A stretch of 7,901 bases of DNA from Candidatus Caldarchaeales archaeon (GTDB lineage Archaea > Thermoproteota > Nitrososphaeria_A > Caldarchaeales > Calditenuaceae), in the NCBI GenBank assembly GCA_032249095.1, contig JAVVGN010000080.1:1-7901 (forward strand). Direction: 5' to 3'. Position 1 is the first letter of the stretch; every line of letters begins with the position of its first letter. The notes under the pieces were generated by a model. That model was not told where the DNA came from. It saw only the letters and a program-made list of their open reading frames with translations, and ran no database searches. Positions 1 to 5,450 of the stretch are shown piece after piece. Position numbers and translations under genes: made by a program.

Positions 1-26
1 TGACTGATTCGGGGATCGAGGTTGCG

Positions 27-293
27 GTGGGGAGGGTTCTGAGCATTACTCCGACACCTGACGGAATCATTATTGTGCAGAACGAGTGGGATGGGGGGCT
101 GAGGACTCTGATGATACCCTCCATCGAGACGCTTAGGTGGCTAATATACGAGGCCACTGCTGGAGAGACGCCGCCGAGAATCTACCACCCACCACCACTT
201 AACTCAATAGTCCCAGAGAGGGAGCAGATAGAGAGGTTCCACATAGTGGCGAGGCCATACGAGATAAAGACACAGAATAAGGAGGTGGTCTAA
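27..293 (+). CDS. Hypothetical protein with no recognisable family, possibly 5'-truncated by the window edge
   Basis: The 88-aa ORF starts at GTG 27, but the frame stays open back to position 3, so the gene may begin upstream of the window. The sequence is protein-like (IETLRWLIYEATAGE, PPP run). Its mixed third-position codon usage resembles the downstream IS-like gene more than the thermosome. It ends at TAA 291-293, in the same frame as the next ORF. I recognise no motifs. Confidence 0.4.
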   Translation: MGRVLSITPTPDGIIIVQNEWDGGLRTLMIPSIETLRWLIYEATAGETPPRIYHPPPLNSIVPEREQIERFHIVARPYEIKTQNKEVV

Positions 294-359
294 GTTAGTA
301 GGGTCTTCGTAGACTTCGGCCGCAACAGGGTCTATGCTCTCCCAGAGGACGGTCAGGAG

Positions 360-1139
360 GTGATGGTCTTCAACGACTTCCTAGAGATGTTTGAGAAGTT
401 GAGGCCGACGATTGTGGTTTCTGACAGCTATCCGAGGAAGCTTCAACCCACTATAACGCGGCTTGGCGGAGCTACGTTCCTGAGGCTTAGGGATCTTAAA
501 AAACTCTCCGAAGAGCGAAAGAACAATGGCCTTAGGAAGACTGATGAGAATGATGTGAAGGCTCTGAGAGAGATGTTCTATAAGGCTCCCGATCTATTCC
601 AGCCACTCTATACCTCTCCCGTGGAGCTTGAGGTTAGGGCTCTGACGGAGCTTTGGGTGGAGCTGGCTGGGATAAAGAAGGCGGCCAAAAACACACGGAC
701 AACAACAGACGATCCGTTAGCTGTCGAGATCCATAAGGTGCTTCGGTGTTACACCAAGAGGCTGGCGACTAGGATTCATGAAAAGGCTATGGAGCTACCG
801 CTCTACAGGATGGCCGTCGAGAGGCTCGGCCTTAGGGGACCGGCGCTGGCATACATCATCTCTCATGATGGACAAGCTTTAGAGGTGTTCTCGAGAGATA
901 GGTTGGCAATACGTTACGGCTTGGTTGCCCGCCCATGGCGAGGAAGGTCTCTACGAAGCCATCTACTTATACTGCTGGCATACTCTGCAACCTCCAACAA
1001 GCATAAGAGATATCACAAAATATACAGATATTATCGAGAGAAGGGTAAAAAACATTGGCAAGCAATCCTGCGTGTTGCTCGTAGGACACTAAGGGACCTG
1101 AAACAGATGACCCGGGAGGCCGGGCCGACTCCAGCCTGA
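360..1139 (+). CDS. IS110-family (DEDD RuvC-like plus Tnp-domain) transposase/recombinase-like protein, compact and possibly degenerate
   Basis: GLRKTDENDVKALREMF (KTD at 537-545) matches the IS110 signature G-L-R-x-K-T-D-x-x-D-A-x-x-L-A (IS621 has GLRNKTDTVDARMLAEF). IVVSDSY (D at 423-425) sits where IS110 has the vvmEAtG.Y strand. The C-terminal FSRDRLAIRYGLVARP and GKKHWQAILRVARRTLRDL resemble the Transposase_20/Tnp-domain motifs F.s...l.ay.GL.P and GK....A..A.aRKL. At 259 aa the protein is short for the family. The segment that normally carries the catalytic Ser-Gly seems to be missing (RPWRGRSLRSHLL). The in-frame codons 294-359 (VSRVFVDFGRNRVYALPEDGQE) look like the missing first beta-strand with its catalytic Asp. 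Confidence 0.65.
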   Translation: MMVFNDFLEMFEKLRPTIVVSDSYPRKLQPTITRLGGATFLRLRDLKKLSEERKNNGLRKTDENDVKALREMFYKAPDLFQPLYTSPVELEVRALTELWVELAGIKKAAKNTRTTTDDPLAVEIHKVLRCYTKRLATRIHEKAMELPLYRMAVERLGLRGPALAYIISHDGQALEVFSRDRLAIRYGLVARPWRGRSLRSHLLILLAYSATSNKHKRYHKIYRYYREKGKKHWQAILRVARRTLRDLKQMTREAGPTPA

Positions 1140-1316
1140 TGGGGAATAACCCGGAAGTCTGGAGCGGTCGAGCCTTCTTTTCCGCCACTCTATAGGGGCA
1201 TTCTCCATGGAGTGGCGCGGTCAGTAGCTCGTATCCCCCGGTCTTCTGGGCTCTCAAACATCTGGTTGGAGTCCAACCAAACCCCTCCCCCTTTCCTTCA
1301 TTTCTTATTTTTACCC
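1111..1316 (+). ncRNA. Candidate structured non-coding RNA immediately 3' of the IS110-like ORF (hypothetical)
   Basis: Pairings found by hand: CCCGG/CCGGG (1111-1115/1120-1124). CTCCAG/CTGGAG (1129-1134/1159-1164) enclosing GGG-AATAA-CCC (1142-1144/1150-1152). CGCCACTC/GAGTGGCG (1183-1190/1210-1217) enclosing GGGG-CATT-CTCC. GGTTGG-AGT-CCAACC (1264-1278). These are followed by a polypyrimidine tract with a T5 run (1308-1312), which is terminator-like in archaea. There is no convincing ORF here. No expression or covariation evidence is available. Confidence 0.2.
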
Positions 1317-1319
1317 TTC
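1282..1319 (+). terminator. Polypyrimidine/oligo-T tract, a possible archaeal transcription terminator for plus-strand transcripts
   Basis: The sequence is cccctccccctttccttcatttcttatttttacccttc: 38 nt with only three purines, all A, including TTT and TTTTT runs. Archaeal RNAP terminates at oligo-T tracts. Confidence 0.3.
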
Positions 1320-1348
1320 GTAGTAGTCCTTGCGGGTGCTGGACATTT

Positions 1349-1537
1349 CTCGCTGTCTAGAGTCTGTCGGTTGCGGTTGATAAATCCGAGCCCGCGGGAT
1401 GTACAGGATTTTTACGCAACTGAGGCGCCTAGCTCGATCTCCGACTCCGGAGCCACCGGCACTATCTTCTCTTCGCTCCTCATGTTTATCGTTATAGAGC
1501 TTATGATAGCTCTTAACGACAGGCTCTAGACAACGAG
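1349..1537. repeat. Imperfect 23-bp inverted repeat pair bounding a 189-bp unit, either MITE-like or a long hairpin
   Basis: The left arm at 1349-1371 is ctcgctgtctagagtctgtcggt. The reverse complement of the right arm at 1515-1537 is ctcgttgtctagagcctgtcgtt. They are identical at 20 of 23 positions, and one of the three mismatches would be a G-U pair in RNA. The interior is rich in short palindromes: CCCGCGGG 1391-1398, CTCCGGAG 1445-1452, and AGAGCT-6nt-AGCTCT 1496-1513. Confidence 0.85.
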
Positions 1538-1568
1538 CTCGGAGTTCTCTCGCTACTCTTCTTACGAG

Positions 1569-1724
1569 CTACTGCTCCCGATCCTCTGCCCAGAGCTCCC
1601 TCCTCAAAAGGTCCCTGACTGCCGCCCGCATTATGGCTGACCGGCTTGGATAGACCTTCTTCTTTATCAGCTCGTCCATCCCTTGTATCAGGGCTTCGGG
1701 GAGCTTGACACTTATCAGCTTCAT
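1569..1724 (-). CDS. Ribbon-helix-helix (CopG/Arc/MetJ-type) DNA-binding protein, 51 aa, not in the supplied ORF track
   Basis: My hand translation of the minus strand gives ATG(1724) MKLISVKLPEALIQGMDELIKKKVYPSRSAIMRAAVRDLLRRELWAEDREQ TAG(1571-1569). The pattern is a beta-strand (ISVKLP), helix 1 (EALIQGMDELI), the Y-x-S-R-S turn, and helix 2 (AIMRAAVRDLL), which is the classic RHH signature. A TATA-like element lies about 30 nt upstream of the ATG, consistent with a leaderless mRNA. Confidence 0.75.
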   Translation of the reverse strand: MKLISVKLPEALIQGMDELIKKKVYPSRSAIMRAAVRDLLRRELWAEDREQ

Positions 1725-1750
1725 GGCGGCGGATTAAACGTTGGGGCTGG

Positions 1751-1773
1751 ATAAAAGATTTTTCGCCAAAAAT
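1751..1773 (-). promoter_or_regulatory. Putative RHH-gene promoter (TATA) with an abutting inverted repeat, a candidate operator
   Basis: The minus strand reads ATTTTTGGCGAAAAAT-CTTTTAT. The TATA-like CTTTTAT (plus-strand 1751-1757) is centred about 30 nt upstream of ATG 1724. Directly upstream of it is the inverted repeat ATTTTT-CGCC-AAAAAT (1758-1773). RHH proteins commonly autoregulate through repeats at their own promoter. Confidence 0.35.
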
Positions 1774-1872
1774 GCTTAGATGTTACATGTAGTGATCTTA
1801 ATCCCGGATCCGTCTGGCCCCTGTTTTTCAACGTCGCAGCAACCACGCCCCCTTCGTCTCTCGCTGGAAGGG

Positions 1873-1912
1873 TATATAAGTAGGACTGGACTTAACACTA
1901 TCCGGTGGTGAT
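1873..1912 (+). promoter_or_regulatory. Thermosome promoter TATA box and Shine-Dalgarno motif
   Basis: TATATAA at 1873-1879 follows a purine-rich BRE-like GGAAGG and lies about 40 nt upstream of ATG 1916. GGTGGTGAT at 1904-1912 is complementary to the crenarchaeal 16S 3' end and sits 3 nt before the ATG. Confidence 0.55.
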
Positions 1913-1915
1913 ATT

Positions 1916-3580
1916 ATGGCGGCTGTTCCAGGTGGTGCCGGTACCGTACCAGTCATAATATTGAAGGAGGGGACGCAGAGGACGAGGGGACGCGAGGCGC
2001 AAAGCGCCGCGATAATGGTTGCCAAAGTTATCGCCGAGACCATGAGGACCTCGCTTGGTCCCAGGGGGATGGACAAAATGCTGGTCGACAGCTTCGGCGA
2101 CATCGTGATCACTAACGACGGCGCAACGATCCTTAAGGAGATGGATGTGGAGCACCCTGTCGCGAAGATGCTGGTCGAGGTGGCGAAGGCCCAGGACGAA
2201 GAGGTTGGAGACGGGACCACAACCGCGGTCGTCCTGGCGGGTGAGCTTCTGGCAAGGGCCGAGGAGCTTATCGAGAAGGAGGTTCATCCCTCAATAGTTA
2301 TTGAGGGATACAGGAAGGCTGCCCGCGAGGCTATCAAGATCCTAGACAACATCGCCGTCCCAGTGGACCCGACAAAGAAGGACGAGCTAGCCAAGATCGC
2401 CCGGACGGCCCTTGTGAGCAAGCTGGTAGGGGAGTACGCGGACTTCATCTCCAAACTGGTAGTTGATGCCGTCCTGAAGGTCGCGGAGAAGGCGAACGGG
2501 CAGTGGAGGGTTGACCTAGACGACATCAAGCTCGAGAAGAAGGAGTATGGCTCGATCCTCGACTCTAGGCTAATCGAGGGCGTAGTCCTCGACAAGGAGA
2601 TAGTGCACCCAGACATGCCTAAGCTCGTGAGGAATCCAAAGATAGCGCTGCTCGACGCCGGTCTCGAGATCGAGAAGACCGAGTTTGACGCCAAGCTCAA
2701 CATAGAGTCTCCCGAGCAGATGAGGGCCTTCATGGAGCAGGAGGAGAAGATGCTGAAGGACATGGTGGAGAAGATAGCGGCTACTGGGGCTAACGTCGTC
2801 CTCTGCCAGAAAGGGATCGACGACCTAGCCCAGCACTTCCTCGCGAGGAAGGGGATCGTGGCTGTGAGAAGGATCAAGAAGAGCGACATGGACAAGCTCG
2901 CCAAGGCCACGGGCGGGAGGGTTGTCTCGAGGGTCGACGAGCTCTCGGCCGCGGATCTCGGCACGGCAGAGCTGCTGGAGGAGAGGAGGGTTGGCGAGGA
3001 CAAGATGGTCTTCATAGAGGGGTGCAAGAATCCCAAATCGGTCTCGATCCTGATACATGGCGGGACTCAGAGGATTGTGGATGAGGCGGAGAGATCCTTT
3101 AAGGACGCCATAAACGTGGTGAAGGACATCCTCGTTGAGCCGAAGATCGTGGCTGGTGGAGGAGCCCCCGAGGTAGAGCTGGCGCTCCGGCTCAGGGACT
3201 ACGCCAAGTCTTTGCCGGGCAAGGAGCAGCTTGCCGTCGAGAAGTTTGCGGACGCGCTTGAGAGGATACCCATGCAGCTTGCCGAGAACGCTGGCCTAGA
3301 CCCCATAGAGAGCATCGTGAGCCTCAGGGCTGCCCATAAGGACGGCAAGAAATGGGAGGGAGTAAACGTCCTCGGATACTCGCTCGGCGACATGTGGGCT
3401 GAGAACGTCTTCGAGCCAGTCGTTGTGAAGAAACAGGTCATCAAGTCGGCGGTGGAGGCTGCCTGCATGATACTGAAGATCGACGACATAATCGCGGCTT
3501 CCAAGCTCTCGGAGAAGGAGTCGAAGAAAGAGAAGAAGGAGGAAGAGGAGGAGTCATCTTCTTCGCCATCCATAGACTGA
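1916..3580 (+). CDS. ths: Thermosome subunit (group II chaperonin, CCT/TCP-1 family)
   Basis: This is a 554-aa ORF. The N-terminus is [19 protein letters not shown]. It has the motifs [19 protein letters not shown] and the ATP-binding [16 protein letters not shown], plus VAGGGAPE near the C-terminus. The charged K/E/S-rich tail is crenarchaeal in style, with no GGM repeats. I cannot tell whether it is the alpha or beta subunit. Confidence 0.97.
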   Translation: MAAVPGGAGTVPVIILKEGTQRTRGREAQSAAIMVAKVIAETMRTSLGPRGMDKMLVDSFGDIVITNDGATILKEMDVEHPVAKMLVEVAKAQDEEVGDGTTTAVVLAGELLARAEELIEKEVHPSIVIEGYRKAAREAIKILDNIAVPVDPTKKDELAKIARTALVSKLVGEYADFISKLVVDAVLKVAEKANGQWRVDLDDIKLEKKEYGSILDSRLIEGVVLDKEIVHPDMPKLVRNPKIALLDAGLEIEKTEFDAKLNIESPEQMRAFMEQEEKMLKDMVEKIAATGANVVLCQKGIDDLAQHFLARKGIVAVRRIKKSDMDKLAKATGGRVVSRVDELSAADLGTAELLEERRVGEDKMVFIEGCKNPKSVSILIHGGTQRIVDEAERSFKDAINVVKDILVEPKIVAGGGAPEVELALRLRDYAKSLPGKEQLAVEKFADALERIPMQLAENAGLDPIESIVSLRAAHKDGKKWEGVNVLGYSLGDMWAENVFEPVVVKKQVIKSAVEAACMILKIDDIIAASKLSEKESKKEKKEEEEESSSSPSID

Positions 3581-3590
3581 GTCGCTCAAT

Positions 3591-3836
3591 ATGTGGCTTC
3601 ATAAGAGGCTGACGAAGTACGAGATTACAAAGATTATTGGAGGTAGGGCTCTTCAGCTCTCCTTAGGCGCCTTCCCGCTAGTAGAGCCTAGACCGACTGA
3701 CACCGCCTTCGATATAGCCAAGCGGGAGCTGGAGCTCGGTGTCCTTCCAGTGATAGTTAGGCGGCACCTGCCCGGAGGTGGGTACGTCGACATCTCTCTC
3801 AGGGAGATTGCCCGTGAGGAGAAGATAGTGGTTTAG
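3591..3836 (+). CDS. rpoK: DNA-directed RNA polymerase subunit K (Rpo6; Rpb6/omega homologue)
   Basis: This is an 81-aa ORF. KRLTKYEITKIIGGRALQLSLGA...DIAKRELELGVLPVIVRRHLPGG parallels the Sulfolobus RpoK core ([22 protein letters not shown]...[20 protein letters not shown]). It starts 10 nt after the thermosome stop with no promoter in between. Confidence 0.9.
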   Translation: MWLHKRLTKYEITKIIGGRALQLSLGAFPLVEPRPTDTAFDIAKRELELGVLPVIVRRHLPGGGYVDISLREIAREEKIVV

Positions 3837-3866
3837 GGGGCCCCGGGATAATCTCAACATATTTTA
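3837..3866 (+). terminator. Possible terminator after rpoK
   Basis: The palindrome GGGGCCCC (3837-3844) lies directly after the TAG stop and is followed by ATTTTAT (T4 at 3862-3865). The signal is weak. Confidence 0.25.
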
Positions 3867-3921
3867 TGCGTTATAGCTGCAAACTCTTCTAGCAATATTC
3901 TTTTAACCATCCTCTTTGGCC

Positions 3922-5028
3922 ATGGTCCTATCAGGCATGTTCAGGTCGGGAGCTATCTCGCTCGCCTCGGGGAACGTCAGCCTTAACAGGCGGCTCTACC
4001 AAGAGGTCACGGCGCGGCTCCCCCACATCGTCGACTCCTTTATAGGCTACTTCGGCTGCTCAGAGTTTGTAGAGCTCGTCGGCCACCCCTGGCCCTTCAG
4101 CGTCCTGTGCGAGTCGGTGGACCTGAGGAGCAGCGACGCGGGAAACATCGCCATCCTCGTCTCAGCCCTCATGGATAACCTGAGGAGGGAGTGGCAGATC
4201 TTCATAGCCGGCGGCCTCTATACGAAGCGCTTTAACGTCCCACAGATGGTTGAGAGAGCGGCCATAGAGATGGGCCTCTCCGAGGCTCAGGTCGAGTGGC
4301 TGAAGTACTCGAGTAGGATGGCGGCGAAGGTCGACGACGTGGCCGTGCAGGACGGCTACAAGCTGTGGCTCCACGTGATAGTCTTCAGCGACGTCAACTG
4401 GTCTGTCCTACAGCTCGCCTCCAAGGCCGGCTTCCACAGGCTCTACCAGTGGCACTCAGGCCGGCTCCAGGAGAAGAGGTTCACCCTAGAGCCCCACACA
4501 GGCGTACTCTCGGCGGCTAGGAGCACCTACGCCCTCGACTTCACGGCGCGCGAGAACCTGGAGCTTCAGAAGGGGTGCGTCGAGGTCCTCGCTTACCCGG
4601 TCTCGAGGCTGAGGGCCCTTGGTGCTAGGCTCTCGAGGGGCCAGACGACGCTCACGGACTTTAAGGACGGCGCCTACGCGGGCGACGTTAACCCACTCGA
4701 GGCCCCTGTCAGGATCAGCTGGTCGAGCATAGCCAAGGTCTCGGGAACCAAGTTCTCAAGCTTCGAGGAGCTCCTGGCCGTAAAGGGCATCGGCTCCGAG
4801 ACCCTCAGGTTCCTCGCCATCTGCAGTCACAGGTACCTCGGGATACTACCCCACCTACAAGACAAGGCCATACTGTTCGACGCCGTGCCAAGCCATGCGC
4901 CTAGGGATAGGAGGGCGGTAGAGATCGCGTGGGACCTCCTCGAGGCCGTGAGATACTCACAGTTGCCCCTAGAGTTGAGGCGCTCGACGGCGGCTAGGCT
5001 CGAGGCCCTGCTAGAGGAGGCCTCATAG
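3922..5028 (+). CDS. DUF763-family-like protein with a C-terminal helix-hairpin-helix motif, function unknown
   Basis: SSRMAAKVDDVAVQDGYKLWLH, IFIAGG and WSVLQ...RLYQWHS match my recollection of the DUF763 (PF05559) core. LLAVKGIGSETLRFLA is an HhH-type motif. The start is ambiguous among TTG 3916 (ORF track), ATG 3922 and ATG 3937. A TTTTAA element at 3901-3906 lies about 31-36 nt upstream of ATG 3937 and would fit a near-leaderless MFRSGAISL... start. Confidence 0.75.
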   Translation: MVLSGMFRSGAISLASGNVSLNRRLYQEVTARLPHIVDSFIGYFGCSEFVELVGHPWPFSVLCESVDLRSSDAGNIAILVSALMDNLRREWQIFIAGGLYTKRFNVPQMVERAAIEMGLSEAQVEWLKYSSRMAAKVDDVAVQDGYKLWLHVIVFSDVNWSVLQLASKAGFHRLYQWHSGRLQEKRFTLEPHTGVLSAARSTYALDFTARENLELQKGCVEVLAYPVSRLRALGARLSRGQTTLTDFKDGAYAGDVNPLEAPVRISWSSIAKVSGTKFSSFEELLAVKGIGSETLRFLAICSHRYLGILPHLQDKAILFDAVPSHAPRDRRAVEIAWDLLEAVRYSQLPLELRRSTAARLEALLEEAS

Positions 5029-5046
5029 GACGGCTGGGTTGGCACT

Positions 5047-5370
5047 CTAGAGTAGCCCGAGCATCTCTCGGGCCTCCTCCGTCATCCTGTCGGGAGTCCA
5101 AGGTGGGTCGAAGACTAGGTCGACGTCGACCCTCGTCACGCTGGGGACCATCGTCTTGACCGCCTCCTTGACCTGCTCCACCAGGAAGAATCCCACGGGG
5201 CAGCCTGGAGCAGTGAGCGTCATCTTGATGTAGACCGAGTTGTCCTCCCTTATCTGGAGGTCATATATCAGGCCTAGGTCGACTATGTTCACCGGTATCT
5301 CTGGGTCGTAGCACATCCTGAGCGCCTTCAGCACCTCCTCCTCACTGGGCCTCTCCAACCCCCTCACCAC
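5047..5370 (-). CDS. DUF59/MIP18-family (SufT/PaaD-like) Fe-S cluster assembly protein
   Basis: This is a 107-aa ORF. It has DPEIPVNIVDLGLIY, the conserved-cysteine motif TLTAPGCP, and a VDVDLVFDPPWTPDRM end, all typical of DUF59 domains. It starts at GTG 5370, with a TATA element about 25 nt upstream on the minus strand, so the mRNA is probably leaderless. Confidence 0.9.
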   Translation of the reverse strand: MVRGLERPSEEEVLKALRMCYDPEIPVNIVDLGLIYDLQIREDNSVYIKMTLTAPGCPVGFFLVEQVKEAVKTMVPSVTRVDVDLVFDPPWTPDRMTEEAREMLGLL

Positions 5371-5390
5371 CGTGCAATTAGTGTCGAGCG

Positions 5391-5400
5391 ACTTTTATAT
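5391..5400. promoter_or_regulatory. Single A/T-rich TATA element in the 80-bp divergent intergenic region between the DUF59 and GT2 genes
   Basis: CTTTTATATC on the plus strand reads GATATAAAAG on the minus strand. It is the only A/T-rich hexamer or longer stretch between GTG 5370 (minus) and ATG 5451 (plus). It is about 25 nt from the minus-strand start and about 55 nt from the plus-strand start. Confidence 0.4.
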
Positions 5401-5450
5401 CTGCCCACTCTACGCAGCGGCGGTAGAGGCCTGGGGGGAGTACCTGCCTG

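Larger units (their letters stand above)
294..1316 (+). mobile_element. Putative IS110-family-like element or remnant, boundaries not determined
   Basis: It contains the IS110-like recombinase ORF plus a structured 3' non-coding flank that ends in a T-rich tract. By eye it has lower G+C and more T-ending codons than the flanking housekeeping genes. I found no terminal inverted repeats or target duplications, and IS110-family elements typically lack them. The ends given are guesses. Confidence 0.3.

Noticed and set aside
967-1257. A 96-aa minus-strand ORF overlapping the 3' end of the IS110-like gene
   Set aside because: It has a TTG start, no recognisable motifs and no promoter or SD. Most of it is antisense to a better-supported ORF, and the rest lies in the structured flank.
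1264-1278. The GGTTGG-AGT-CCAACC hairpin, considered as a tRNA T-arm or partial tRNA att site
   Set aside because: The loop is 3 nt and lacks the TTCRAAT T-loop consensus. I could not build an acceptor stem, anticodon arm or CCA context on either strand.
296-1335. Shared short words (cttcgtag, tagtag) at 296-314 and 1315-1330, considered as possible IS-end repeats
   Set aside because: Several shared 8-mers are expected by chance between regions of these sizes. Their order and orientation do not form a consistent terminal repeat.
1412-1483. A 23-aa minus-strand peptide ORF (MRSEEKIVPVAPESEIELGASVA) inside the inverted-repeat-bounded unit, 85 nt downstream of the RHH gene, considered as a toxin or partner candidate
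   Set aside because: It is too short, acidic and featureless, with no SD. It does not resemble any toxin family that pairs with RHH antitoxins.
1212-1529. A 105-aa plus-strand ORF with two hydrophobic stretches, which could be a small membrane protein
   Set aside because: It starts at a GTG inside a stem and runs straight through the polypyrimidine tract (giving the PPPFLHFLFLPF run) and both arms of the 23-bp inverted repeat. It has no SD or TATA in a suitable position. Most likely the frame is open by chance. It cannot be fully excluded without homologues.
1828-3573. Long minus-strand ORFs inside the thermosome gene (1828-2220, 1898-2287, 2284-3036, 2825-3058, 3199-3573)
   Set aside because: They lie antisense to a very confidently assigned chaperonin gene. 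Their translations are S/L/A/T-rich and low in complexity, as expected from reading GAG/AAG/GAC-rich coding DNA backwards. They are shadow ORFs.
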